This document shows positions 32,094 to 42,223 of a stretch of 64,000 bases of DNA, in pieces (position 1 is the first letter of the stretch; each line of letters begins with the position of its first letter). Below the pieces are notes generated by a model. It saw only the letters and a program-made list of their open reading frames with translations, did no database searches and was not told where the DNA came from. The translations under genes and the position numbers were made by a program. This stretch comes from an uncultured Nitrospiraceae bacterium (GTDB lineage: Bacteria > Nitrospirota > Thermodesulfovibrionia > Thermodesulfovibrionales > SM23-35). The DNA is taken from assembly GCA_963727775.1 (NCBI GenBank), contig CAVSHB010000001.1, forward strand, positions 928,001 to 992,000, written 5' to 3'.

Positions 32094-33800
32094 GAGTCTG
32101 TCGGACTTGAATTGCTGTTTTTGACAGCGGTTGGAATCCGAGAGAGTCGATTGTAGTTATTTTTCATGATTTGATCGTCTGTCATCGGTTCTTTCCTGCC
32201 GGTGTTTTGTTGGATACATTATGCCATCGCCATTTTCAGGCGCCTACCTGGCTGTTCCTCAATGCATGCAGCCTTTTGATGTTCCATGCAATGCAGATCA
32301 TATCCCACTCGCCATTGACTGCAGTAAAACCACGCAACAGGAATCGGTCAAATCCCATAGCTGCCTTGATTACCCCAAACGCCGGCTCCACAGTACTCTT
32401 GCGTATCGCATAAATTGCCTTACCGGCAACTGTCTTCAACCGATGTTTCATTCTTGTCACTGCATCAGCATCAACCGGCAATGGAGGCGGTTCGACGAAT
32501 CGCTCCCATAAAGGCTGATTATGACTCTGCCGATCTACTGCTATATATGGCTCTATTCCTTTGCTCTCACATTCTTGCACATTTGCTTCGCTGTAATACC
32601 CGCTGTCGGCTATTATAGTTTTTACTTTGCCAAGTTGTTCGGGCAGATATGTAAGCGCTTCAAGCGCTGGTTTCATCTGCTGTTTGTCATTGGATTGTTG
32701 TGTTACATGCGTTGCGACAATAAGCATTGTTTCTGTATCCACGGCTGCTTGAGCATTATAAGCCTGCTTGAATCCTCCACCCGATGCCGGCATTATGCGA
32801 GATTCTTCATCGGTCAGATTGACCTGATCTTTGTCAGTTGGCCCGGCTGCAGGCGGCTTGGGTCCTTTGCCTCGGGGTTTCTTGCCGCTCTGCTTTTGTT
32901 TGGCTACACGCTCTGCCTGTTTCTTTTCACTGTCGGCTTGTTCCATTGCATGCCGCTCTGCCGCACGGCGCTCTATCTCAGCTTTTGCTTCAGCTATCAT
33001 TTTCAGCCGCTTCTCTCGCCGCTCCAGCTCTTCCGGGATGTTCATGCCGTCAGGAATGTCAGCTTTGTCAGCAGCCTCAGCTTTCTTCATCAGTTCCGCC
33101 ACTTCCACTTTCAACTTATTCTCTATTTTGCATGCATGCCCGTAGCTCAACGCCTTGTGCTTTGAGGCATTGGCTTTCATTTTGGTCCCATCCAAGCTGA
33201 CCGTGCCTAACTTCAATACCCCGGTTTCTGCTGCTATCATTAGTATCTGCACAAACAGTTCTTTCAGCTTAGGCAAAAACCGACGTCGAAAGGTTGCTAT
33301 TGTGTCATGGTCAGGGTGACTGTTGGCTGCCACATACCGGAATGCTACAGAGTCGTACGTGCTACGCTCTAATTGCCTGCTCGAAAAGACTCCCGTCGCA
33401 TATCCGTAAAATAATAATGCCACCAGCATCTCAGGGCTGTATGCCTCGCTGCCTCGTCCTGCATAATCATTTTTCAACCGGTCAAGATTAAGCTGATCCA
33501 CTATCTCTACGACAAATCTCGCCAAGTGACCCTCGGGCAACCATTCCTGCACCGACGGCGGAAATAAATATATCGTCTCTCTGTCACATTGTTTGAACAT
33601 TATGCTGATCTCCTGTTGTTCATTCTTATGCCGCTTGTCTATTATGCCATAAGGAACGCCCATGCAGGTCTGTCGGACTTAGATAATTACAGGCCGAAAA
33701 GATTTCTGCTGCCCAGTTTGCAATAAAGGTTCTTAAGAGACTGCCGTGTCCTTCAAGAAGTAAACTTTTCAGAAATGTTGAAAGTCCGACAGACTCCTAG
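32090..33800 (-). mobile_element. IS1182-family insertion sequence
   Basis: Inverted ends ctag-gagtctgtcggactt (32090-32108) and aagtccgacagactc-ctag (33782-33800); CTAG on both sides. Confidence 0.88.
32236..33600 (-). CDS. IS1182-family DDE transposase
   Basis: LPEGHLARF..YGYATGVFSSR..HPDHDTIATFR, LDGTK..ANASKH, TD.ESR.M, ADSGY, RKSTVEPAFG; ATG at 33600. Confidence 0.93.
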   Translation of the reverse strand: MFKQCDRETIYLFPPSVQEWLPEGHLARFVVEIVDQLNLDRLKNDYAGRGSEAYSPEMLVALLFYGYATGVFSSRQLERSTYDSVAFRYVAANSHPDHDTIATFRRRFLPKLKELFVQILMIAAETGVLKLGTVSLDGTKMKANASKHKALSYGHACKIENKLKVEVAELMKKAEAADKADIPDGMNIPEELERREKRLKMIAEAKAEIERRAAERHAMEQADSEKKQAERVAKQKQSGKKPRGKGPKPPAAGPTDKDQVNLTDEESRIMPASGGGFKQAYNAQAAVDTETMLIVATHVTQQSNDKQQMKPALEALTYLPEQLGKVKTIIADSGYYSEANVQECESKGIEPYIAVDRQSHNQPLWERFVEPPPLPVDADAVTRMKHRLKTVAGKAIYAIRKSTVEPAFGVIKAAMGFDRFLLRGFTAVNGEWDMICIAWNIKRLHALRNSQVGA

Positions 33801-33902
33801 GGTGCACCCAACGACGTTCTTCTCCACATAATCAGCACGAGGGTATGCCGCTCAGGAAAGTGTAATCATCTGATCTTTCTCTGAAGTGGTTCGTGTCAGC
33901 AA

Positions 33903-36900
33903 TCAATTCACCGTTAGGGCATTGCTTACAGTCAGACGCGTGTAGCCATCGTTGGTAAAGAGGCGGAATTCGTAGGTTCCTACAGGGACAGTGGACGGCA
34001 CGGTGTACTGACAGGAGCCGGACGCCCTGGCAGTGCCAGCGGTCTGTGTACAGCTGCTGTCGTAGATCCAGTCTAACCAGAAGGCGTCAGCCGTTCCCTG
34101 GGTGTAGAGGCCTATCCAATCCGTAGTGGTCGGCGAGGAGACTCCGCCAAAGGTGACCGTCACTGCATTCCCTCTGACTACACTGCCAGGGGACACGGTA
34201 AGGGTGACACCCGCAGTGGTGACCGTTAGAGCATTGCTTACAGCCAGGCGAGTGTAGCCGTTGTTGGCAAAGAGGCGGAATTCATAGGTTCCTGCAGGGA
34301 CAGTGGACGGCACCGTAAACTGACAGGAGCCGGAGGCCCTGGCACTGCCCGCGGTCTGCGTACAACTGCTGATGTACCCCCACCCAAGATATGCGCTGTC
34401 AGCCGTTCCCTGGGCGTAGAGACCGATCCAATCCGTAGTGGTCGGCGAGGAGACTCCGCCAAAGGTGACCGTCACTGCATTCCCTCTGACTACACTGCCA
34501 GGGGACACGGTAAGGGTGACACCCGCAGTGGTGACCGTTAGAGCATTGCTTACAGCCAGGCGAGTGTAGCCGTTGTTGGCAAAGAGGCGGAATTCATAGG
34601 TTCCTGCAGGGACAGTGGACGGCACCGTAAACTGACAGGAGCCGGAGGCCCTGGCACTGCCCGCGGTCTGCGTACAACTGCTGATGTACCCCCACCCAAG
34701 ATATGCGCTGTCAGCCGTTCCCTGGGCGTAGAGACCGATCCAATCCGTAGTGGTCGGCGAGGAGACTCCGCCAAAGGTGACCGTCACTGCATTCCCTCTG
34801 ACTACACTGCCAGGGGACACGGTAAGGGTGGTGGTAGGCGACTGAGGCGTTGCCGTAACCTGTCCGGAATTGCCGCTTTCGCCACAGGAGTTGACACCCG
34901 ACACCACATAATAATAGGGAGTTCCGTTTATCAGGCCTGTATCAGGATAACCGGTCGTTGTCACTCCACTGGCGATTGTGCTGTAAGGCCCGCCATTGAT
35001 GGTGGAGCGCTTAACATTGTACGTGGTGGCCCCGGAGCTGGCTGTCCACGTAAGGGTCACCTGGGCGTTGCCAGCTGCTGCAGACAGTCCTGAAGGAACA
35101 GCAGGTGTCGAGCATACCGTTGCGCTTGCCTGGTTTGAGTTAGGACTCGCACCTGCCGAATTCACCGCCTGCACCACATAGTAGTAAGTACCATTGGCCA
35201 AGCCGCTATCGTTATAGCTTGTGGAAGTGACGCCCGCAGCAAGACTGCTGTATGGTCCTCCGTTTACCGTCGAGCGAAACACGGTATAACTGGTGGACCC
35301 GGAGCTGGCTGTCCACGTGAGACTCACTTGCGCGTTATTCGCCGTAGCAGCAAGGTTGGTAGGTGCAGCAGGTGGGGCGGCTGCAACAGGAGCAAGATCG
35401 GCAAAAAGATTGCTTCCGCTGAAAGTTCCCCAGCCCGTAGCGTTATCATAGCCGGCTACGGCAGGATAGTACAGATTTGTGCTCCCATCCTTGATGTCAT
35501 GAAAATCTGCTGAATACTTTGAACTGGTTGCAATTTGATAAATTATGGGGTTGGCAAAACCCAGCGTGGTAATTCCATTGGCAACACGTTGCTGGTTGAC
35601 TAGCGCGGTGAACGCTGCCCAGAGAGGAGATGCACAGCTCGTTCCGCCATAAATCTGCCATTTCTTTTTGTAATAAATGGCATAGCCGGTATATTGGTCT
35701 GCATTGAGTGAAACATCTGGGACGTTCCTCATGGTCTGAGAAGCCGCGGTTGTTACCCCCTGCTGCCAGGAAGGGATACTCCAAACAGAGCTAATCCCGC
35801 CACCGCCTGCCCCTCCGCTTATCGTATTGTTGACATTCCAGGTAGTTTCGGAATTGTACGTTTCGCCTGCATTGACAAAAAGCTGCGTGCCTCCTACTCC
35901 AACCACGTAGGGTTGGGAGGCAGGATCATCAACGCTGAGCGTTGAGCCATTGTCATAGGCTCCGCTGTCACCCGAAGCTGCATATATAGACTGGCCCTGC
36001 GCTGCCATCTGCTTAAAAGCGTTATTCTCTGCGCTCAGCACCGTGGAACCGGTCTGTCCTTCACTAAGTCCCCAGGATGTACTGATCTGTCTGGCCAGAT
36101 TGTCCGTAGCTATACGGTTGTAAGTGTCCACAACCCCTGCATTTGTGTTTGGCCCCTCATAGACGATGATACTGCTGGCTCCCGGTGCAAGAGCTATCTG
36201 AAGTTCTATGTCTAGTGTTACCTCGTCCGCTCCGCTTCCTGCCCTGCCGGAAAAACGATCAACCAAGACATTTCGAAGAGGAACCGAAGGAAGACCGAAA
36301 TAGCTCACATAACTTGCTATATCGGACGATGTATACCCGTCAAGTTCAAAGAGGCCAAGAGTCTGGCCTGAACCGTTTGCCGAGACACTATTGAGATTAT
36401 ATGCGGTTCTTATGTCACCGGGTGTCAGGCCACCGCCGGGGCCGGTACCAATCTGATTAGGAAATGACTGTGCCATTTGTGCCTCCTGGACAAGATGGTT
36501 ATGGGCATGCCAGACGGCAGCGTTGTCCAAGCCGATAACTCCCGTAATTCGTCCGGCGATGAAATCGGGGACCTCAGGGTCGTTGTCAGGGGCATAAAAC
36601 GTACGCCCATCCATAGCCTGGTAGTTATGGAGATGCAGGTTAAAGGCTGCTTCGAATGCTGAAGCAGGACCTGAAACATTCAAAAGAGTTCGGTTTGCAT
36701 GCGTACCTGTCACCATTAAGCCGAGGCTGTGTGCATAAGCGGCAACAGCTTCATAATCAGCCTGAGTCGGGCCAAATCTGTCCGTAAATTCCTGAGAAGT
36801 GAGGAAGTTGCCGTAGAGGGGATCAGCAGGATCATATATACGTCTCAGCAGTTCCTCCAACTCCTGCTGATTGCGCAATGGCAAAGATAAGGTAGCCTTT

Positions 36901-37091
36901 ATTTCCGTAGAAGATGAAAGTCGTTCAAGCAGGACGGCCTTGGCAACAGCCCGGGTCGGTACATGGCCGTGCAGTCGCATAAAGGACTGGGCAGCGATTG
37001 CCTGTCCGGGAATTAGGGTTCCACCAAAAAGGAAAAAAACTGCCATTAGCCCTACGAATAATCTGGTAATCCTATGTGATATAACTTTCAT
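33903..37091 (-). CDS. Secreted S53 (sedolisin/kumamolisin) peptidase with prodomain, two FN3 domains and three C-terminal repeats
   Basis: Signal peptide, prodomain (LSLPLRN..FLT..EF..RFGPT), EVTLD, SWG, ASGDSG, GGTS, GYD..TGWG. Confidence 0.93.
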   Translation of the reverse strand: MKVISHRITRLFVGLMAVFFLFGGTLIPGQAIAAQSFMRLHGHVPTRAVAKAVLLERLSSSTEIKATLSLPLRNQQELEELLRRIYDPADPLYGNFLTSQEFTDRFGPTQADYEAVAAYAHSLGLMVTGTHANRTLLNVSGPASAFEAAFNLHLHNYQAMDGRTFYAPDNDPEVPDFIAGRITGVIGLDNAAVWHAHNHLVQEAQMAQSFPNQIGTGPGGGLTPGDIRTAYNLNSVSANGSGQTLGLFELDGYTSSDIASYVSYFGLPSVPLRNVLVDRFSGRAGSGADEVTLDIELQIALAPGASSIIVYEGPNTNAGVVDTYNRIATDNLARQISTSWGLSEGQTGSTVLSAENNAFKQMAAQGQSIYAASGDSGAYDNGSTLSVDDPASQPYVVGVGGTQLFVNAGETYNSETTWNVNNTISGGAGGGGISSVWSIPSWQQGVTTAASQTMRNVPDVSLNADQYTGYAIYYKKKWQIYGGTSCASPLWAAFTALVNQQRVANGITTLGFANPIIYQIATSSKYSADFHDIKDGSTNLYYPAVAGYDNATGWGTFSGSNLFADLAPVAAAPPAAPTNLAATANNAQVSLTWTASSGSTSYTVFRSTVNGGPYSSLAAGVTSTSYNDSGLANGTYYYVVQAVNSAGASPNSNQASATVCSTPAVPSGLSAAAGNAQVTLTWTASSGATTYNVKRSTINGGPYSTIASGVTTTGYPDTGLINGTPYYYVVSGVNSCGESGNSGQVTATPQSPTTTLTVSPGSVVRGNAVTVTFGGVSSPTTTDWIGLYAQGTADSAYLGWGYISSCTQTAGSARASGSCQFTVPSTVPAGTYEFRLFANNGYTRLAVSNALTVTTAGVTLTVSPGSVVRGNAVTVTFGGVSSPTTTDWIGLYAQGTADSAYLGWGYISSCTQTAGSARASGSCQFTVPSTVPAGTYEFRLFANNGYTRLAVSNALTVTTAGVTLTVSPGSVVRGNAVTVTFGGVSSPTTTDWIGLYTQGTADAFWLDWIYDSSCTQTAGTARASGSCQYTVPSTVPVGTYEFRLFTNDGYTRLTVSNALTVN
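33906..34830. repeat. Three tandem 312 bp (104 aa) intragenic repeats
   Basis: Units 34519-34830 and 34207-34518 appear identical; 33906-34206 is diverged in its distal part. Confidence 0.92.
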
Positions 37092-37394
37092 GATTGACCA
37101 CCTATTGACTGTATCATGTCTATTAACATGGATTTCTGCTTTCAGTGGAGTTAATTAGGTTTGTGTAACAGTTTAGTCCGAATCGCTCAATCATACCACT
37201 ATTTATATTTTTCTTCTTGTTTCTATTGAAAGTCAACAGTGTGTGCTGTGCAACGTTAGGTAAGCTGAATTACGTCGCAAATTGTCTCTCATCGCAGGGA
37301 TGCATATGTGAATCGGAAATCTTGTATCCGCTAAAAGCTGGCCGGCGAGGAGTCGTAGGTGAAAATGGCAAGGCCAGCCTATATAGAAGATAAT

Positions 37395-39608
37395 CTAAGC
37401 TCTCACCGGTTTAAAAATCACAACGGACAAAGGAGGAAAAGTTGCTTTTATCGAATATGGTTTTCCGTGCCAGGGTACTGGATCGGATTTTAATCCTCCA
37501 GCGTTGCCCATATTGCTTCCCCAGTACATCTCGGAATCGCTATTGAGTATCTCTTTGTAAAAACAGTTTGTCGGTACGCCGATCCGGTAACCGATTCTCG
37601 GCACAGGTGTAAAGTTACATATTATTACAAGAAAATCGTCAGGGTCTTTTGCCTTTCGCATGAATGAGATAACGCTGCTCTCGGCGTCGCGGAAGTCGAT
37701 CCATTCAAAACCGCCGGGATCGAAGTCTACCTCATACAAAGCGGGTTCGGTATGATGGATGTTATTCATATCCTTAACAAACTTTTGGAGACAGCTGTGG
37801 GATGTGAATTGCAGGAGGTGCCAGTCAATGCTTTTGTCATGGTTCCATTCATCCCATTGCCCGATTTCTACACCCATGAATAGTAATTCCTTGCCGGGAT
37901 GGGTGAACATGAATCCATAAAGAAGCCTCATGTTTGCAAATTTCTGCCACATGTCCCCGGGCATCTTGTTTAACAGAGACCGTTTCCCGTGTACGACTTC
38001 ATCATGGGAAAGGACGAGGATAAAATTCTCGGAAAAGGCATAGAGGAGGCTGAAGGTAAGGTGGTTGTGATGGTATTTTTTGTGTATCGGCTCTTTCGAA
38101 ATGTATTCGAGAGTGTCGTTCATCCATCCCATATTCCACTTGAAGCTGAAACCGAGGCCTCCTAAATATGTCGGCTTTGATACGCCGCCCCAGGCTGTCG
38201 ATTCTTCAGCAATGGTAAGTATGCCGGGATGGCGCTGGTGGACAATCTCATTGAAATTTTTAATAAAAGCAATGGCCTCTATGTTTTCTCTGCCGCCGAA
38301 TTCATTGGGGATCCATTCTCCTTCTTTACGGGAATAGTCAAGATAGATCATCGATGCCACGGCGTCTACGCGCAGCCCGTCTATGTGGTATTTTTCGAAC
38401 CAGAAAAGGGCATTGGAGAGTAGGAAGTTCGTGACTTCTTTCCTTCCGTAATTGAATATCTTTGTGCCCCAGTCGGGATGAAACCCTTGTCTCGGGTCTT
38501 CGTGTTCATAAAGGCATGTGCCGTCGAAAAAGCCGAGGCCGTGTCCGTCAGTAGGAAAATGGGCCGGGACCCAATCGAGGATAACGCCTATGTTGCTTTT
38601 ATGACATTGATCTACGAAGTACATAAAATCTTCAGGTTTTCCATGCCTGCTTGTCGGTGCGAAATACCCTATAGTCTGATAACCCCATGACGCATCCAGA
38701 GGATGTTCCGTTACAGGCAAAAGTTCTATATGGGTGAACCCCATTTCTTTTACATATCCGATCAGTTTTTCTGCAAGCTCCCTGTAGGTGAGGTACCTTC
38801 CGCCTTCCTCAGGGGCTCTCATCCATGAGCCGAGATGCACTTCGTAAATGGACAAAGGCGATTCGAACCAGTTCTTTTTTTGCCGCGCCTTCATCCATTC
38901 GGTGTCGTTCCATCGATATTTGTTGATGTTATAAACAATTGATGCGCTCTTGGGTCTTATTTCGGCATAAAAAGCATAAGGGTCCGCCTTCTCAGCCATA
39001 TTTTTTTTGTATTTCGATTTTATCTGGAATTTATAAATTTCTCCTTCCTGAAGACCGGGGATGAATATCTCCCATATGCCGGAGGAGCCGAGAATTCTCA
39101 TGGGGTGCCTTCTTCCGTCCCATTTATTAAAATCCCCGATAACACTGACACATTTTGCATTCGGGGCCCAGACAGCAAAATGGACACCTTTTATGTTGTT
39201 TATTTCCATTATATGAGCGCCGAGTTTCTCATAAATATTGTAATGGCTGCCTTCTCCGAACAGATGAAAATCAAAATCAGTGAGCACGGGCAGAAAAGAA
39301 TACGGGTCGTGAAACTCCGAGATTAAACCTTCATGGGATTGCACTCTTATAAGATAGGGAAAAACTTCTTTCTTACCCGGAATGATCGACTCGAAAAAGC
39401 CGGCTTTGTGGATTTTTTCCATTTGATATAATTTTTTAAGCTTTATATCAACTATCCATGCCGTTGCTGCTTCAGGCAGAAACGCCCGGACAGCGACTGC
39501 CTTTCCTTTATCCGTCTCAACGATATGGTTGCCGAGCACCTGGAAAGGGTCCCAGTGCGCCGCATTTACGATAAGCCTTATTTGGTCTTTTAAAGAATCT
39601 CTTGGCAT
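37395..39608 (-). CDS. glgB: 1,4-alpha-glucan branching enzyme
   Basis: [44 protein letters not shown]. Confidence 0.97.
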   Translation of the reverse strand: MPRDSLKDQIRLIVNAAHWDPFQVLGNHIVETDKGKAVAVRAFLPEAATAWIVDIKLKKLYQMEKIHKAGFFESIIPGKKEVFPYLIRVQSHEGLISEFHDPYSFLPVLTDFDFHLFGEGSHYNIYEKLGAHIMEINNIKGVHFAVWAPNAKCVSVIGDFNKWDGRRHPMRILGSSGIWEIFIPGLQEGEIYKFQIKSKYKKNMAEKADPYAFYAEIRPKSASIVYNINKYRWNDTEWMKARQKKNWFESPLSIYEVHLGSWMRAPEEGGRYLTYRELAEKLIGYVKEMGFTHIELLPVTEHPLDASWGYQTIGYFAPTSRHGKPEDFMYFVDQCHKSNIGVILDWVPAHFPTDGHGLGFFDGTCLYEHEDPRQGFHPDWGTKIFNYGRKEVTNFLLSNALFWFEKYHIDGLRVDAVASMIYLDYSRKEGEWIPNEFGGRENIEAIAFIKNFNEIVHQRHPGILTIAEESTAWGGVSKPTYLGGLGFSFKWNMGWMNDTLEYISKEPIHKKYHHNHLTFSLLYAFSENFILVLSHDEVVHGKRSLLNKMPGDMWQKFANMRLLYGFMFTHPGKELLFMGVEIGQWDEWNHDKSIDWHLLQFTSHSCLQKFVKDMNNIHHTEPALYEVDFDPGGFEWIDFRDAESSVISFMRKAKDPDDFLVIICNFTPVPRIGYRIGVPTNCFYKEILNSDSEMYWGSNMGNAGGLKSDPVPWHGKPYSIKATFPPLSVVIFKPVRA

Positions 39609-39854
39609 GTGGGAAAATTATGGATGCGGAGATGGAGAGCAGGAAGGGCCTGTGTAGTGCCTGTATTCAGCATAAGGGAAACAGGAGGATTCCGGTTGAT
39701 ACTTATAGGTTGCGCATCCGCAAAAAACCAGTAAAGATATAATTAATATGATGATTTTTAATTTCATTATAGCCTTCTTTTGTAAATACTATAAAACAAA
39801 GTTTTATAAAATACAATCAAACCACATTGATAATATAAATTATTGAGGCATATA

Positions 39855-40050
39855 TTATTAACCCGGCAACAAAATATCTCAAGCCATCATCCTCGCTTGT
39901 CGGGGATCAGACGGTGCAACAGATTGAAAGCAAAGAAAGATTCTCGATGCGAGTCTACGCTGAGAGTCGCTTCGACCGGACAAGCCCGCCGTAAGTCTGG
40001 CGGGCAAGCCGGAATGACAAAATTCAAGTATTTGATTGCCGGTTTAATAA
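39855..40050. mobile_element. MITE-like element with ~23 bp terminal inverted repeats and a REP-like core
   Basis: TTATTAACCCGGCAACAAAATA at the left; GTATTTGATTGCCGGTTTAATAA at the right; internal ..caagccggaatgac. Confidence 0.65.
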
Positions 40051-40159
40051 ATGAGTAAAACTGAGGCCATTACAAAACCTTTTGAATTTATTGGAATTTG
40101 AAATAGACGGGCTGTTCTTTTCAGGACAAATTGCCTTGTAAGAAAACCTATATGAGTAG

Positions 40160-40381
40160 GGGGTCTGCGACAAATTTATTGGTAAAGTTACCTTTAAGTA
40201 CGTAAAGGCTTGAGAACTTCCCTCTTGGGTTAAGGGGGATTGAGGGGGTTACTTTAATATTTGTCTTTAATTTCAATAAAATAACTCCCCCTTGCCCCCT
40301 CTTATCCCAAGAGGGGGAACTCGGAACGGTTCTGCTTTAAATAAGCTGAAACACGGTTACCTATAAATTTGTCGCACACCC
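40160..40381. mobile_element. MITE with 19 bp TIRs and a 9 bp flanking direct repeat
   Basis: GGGTCTGCGACAAATTTAT / ATAAATTTGTCGCACACCC; TATGAGTAG at 40151-40159 and 40382-40390; large internal palindrome at 40218-40318. Confidence 0.75.
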
Positions 40382-40434
40382 TATGAGTAGCCGGCGATTG
40401 ACGCCGGGTATCGCTACATTTTAATATACTGCTT

Positions 40435-41649
40435 ATGCTGAAACCCGATAAACAACTTGAGGTTATAAAAAGAGGCGCTGTCGAGGTCATTATCGAGGCC
40501 GACCTTCTTAAGAAGCTCGAAAGGTCATATGACGAAAACAAGCCGCTGAGGATTAAGGCGGGCTTTGATCCGACTGCTCCGGACATCCATCTCGGCCATA
40601 CTGTATTGCTCGAAAAGATGAGGCAATTCCAGGAATTGGGACACGAGATCGTATTCCTCATAGGTGATTTTACGGGCATGATAGGTGATCCGACAGGCCG
40701 ATCGGAGACGAGGAAGCCGCTCACCAAAGAAGAGGTCGTGAGGAACGCAGAGACGTATAAAAAACAGGTGTTCAGGATTTTGGACCCTGATAAGACACAG
40801 GTCAGGTTTAACAGCGAATGGCTTTCGCAGATGGCTGTAATGGACTTTATCAAGCTCGGCACGATGCAGACTGTTGCAAGGATGCTGGAACGGGAAGATT
40901 TTAAAAAAAGATATGAGAACCGGCAGGACATAACTATACTCGAATTCTATTATCCGCTGTTCCAGGGATACGACTCGGTCTATCTTAAATCGGATGTTGA
41001 ACTCGGCGGTACCGACCAGAAATTCAATATACTGATGGGAAGGACACTCCAGAGAAAGATGGGCGTTGAAGAGCAGACCGTTGTTCTAATGCCTTTGCTT
41101 GAAGGTCTCGATGGCGTAAATAAGATGTCCAAGAGCCTCGGCAATTATATAGGCATAAGTGAATCTCCCAAAGAAATGTTCGGAAAGATAATGTCAATAA
41201 GTGACGATCTCATGCTCAGGTATTATGAGCTGCTGAGCCATGTTTCCCTGGACGAACTGAAGTCTCTGAAAGATGGGATAGAGAAGGGCAGTGTTCACCC
41301 AAAACATGCAAAAGAAAATCTTGCCCTTGAGATTGTTGGAATATATTGGGGTGAAGAAGGAGCGTTAAAAGCAAAAGAAGAATTTGAACATATCTTTACT
41401 CAAAAAGGTCTTCCCGATGAGATCCTTACGTTTGAGCTTGAATGGGACAGCGATGAAATCTGGGTCCCGAAACTCATGAAGCTCTCCGGCTTAACATCAA
41501 GCACGGGCGAAGCAATACGGCTTATAAAGCAGGGCGGGGTGACTATTAATGATCACAAGCATAGCGATCCGGATGTAAATCTTGCCCGGGGAAGTTATTT
41601 ATTTAAAGTCGGGAAAAGAAAATTCTTAAATATAAAATCAAAGACGTAG
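40435..41649 (+). CDS. tyrS: Tyrosine--tRNA ligase
   Basis: [31 protein letters not shown]4 domain. Confidence 0.98.
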   Translation: MLKPDKQLEVIKRGAVEVIIEADLLKKLERSYDENKPLRIKAGFDPTAPDIHLGHTVLLEKMRQFQELGHEIVFLIGDFTGMIGDPTGRSETRKPLTKEEVVRNAETYKKQVFRILDPDKTQVRFNSEWLSQMAVMDFIKLGTMQTVARMLEREDFKKRYENRQDITILEFYYPLFQGYDSVYLKSDVELGGTDQKFNILMGRTLQRKMGVEEQTVVLMPLLEGLDGVNKMSKSLGNYIGISESPKEMFGKIMSISDDLMLRYYELLSHVSLDELKSLKDGIEKGSVHPKHAKENLALEIVGIYWGEEGALKAKEEFEHIFTQKGLPDEILTFELEWDSDEIWVPKLMKLSGLTSSTGEAIRLIKQGGVTINDHKHSDPDVNLARGSYLFKVGKRKFLNIKSKT

Positions 41650-42174
41650 ATGTTTTTTTGCAAGCTCCATAAGTCCGGCGACCTTTAAGTCAACATAGTC
41701 GCCCTCTGATCTAAATTTTTCCAGTGTCTGATAAAGCCCGTCTATCGGAAGTTTCATGACCTCAATGTCTTCCGTCTCGTCCCTTTGGCCGATACCTTTA
41801 AATTCGAGTCCCTTTGCGAGGAACACCGAGAGTATTTCTCCTGAGGCGCCGGATGACAGGGGCCCTTCTGCAAGGAAAATTATATCTTTTGCAGAATAGC
41901 CGGTTTCTTCCAGCAGTTCTCTCTCAGCCGCGCCCAAAAGAGAATCTCCCTTGTCATTCAACCCTGCGGGAAATTCGATCACATAGGAATTTACGGGCGG
42001 CCTGAATTGCCTTATCAGCAGCACATCGTGATCTATTACAGGCACAATTGCAACTATACCCTTGCAATTGACCCGTTCAATGTATTCCCATTCTCTTTCC
42101 ACTCCCGCTGAATCGGAGTATCTGACAATAACACAACTAAGGAAATTGCCTCTCCAGAGGGTCTTTTTATCCAA
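41638..42174 (-). CDS. NUDIX hydrolase (ADP-ribose pyrophosphatase-like)
   Basis: EFPAGL....[12 protein letters not shown]udix box; the start may be upstream at 42195. Confidence 0.9.
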   Translation of the reverse strand: MDKKTLWRGNFLSCVIVRYSDSAGVEREWEYIERVNCKGIVAIVPVIDHDVLLIRQFRPPVNSYVIEFPAGLNDKGDSLLGAAERELLEETGYSAKDIIFLAEGPLSSGASGEILSVFLAKGLEFKGIGQRDETEDIEVMKLPIDGLYQTLEKFRSEGDYVDLKVAGLMELAKKHLRL

Positions 42175-42223
42175 TAGTGTGATTTTCTTTTTCAGGACGC
42201 ACCTTTCCGGTCGGCAATATGGA

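Noticed and set aside
33906..34830. TR/VR pair of a DGR
   Set aside because: Differences between units are not adenine-specific, many are synonymous, and all units are in-frame domains.
39620..39720. Structured glgB leader (GGATGCG..CGCATCC)
   Set aside because: It is a single 7 bp long-range match with no supporting stems and could be chance.
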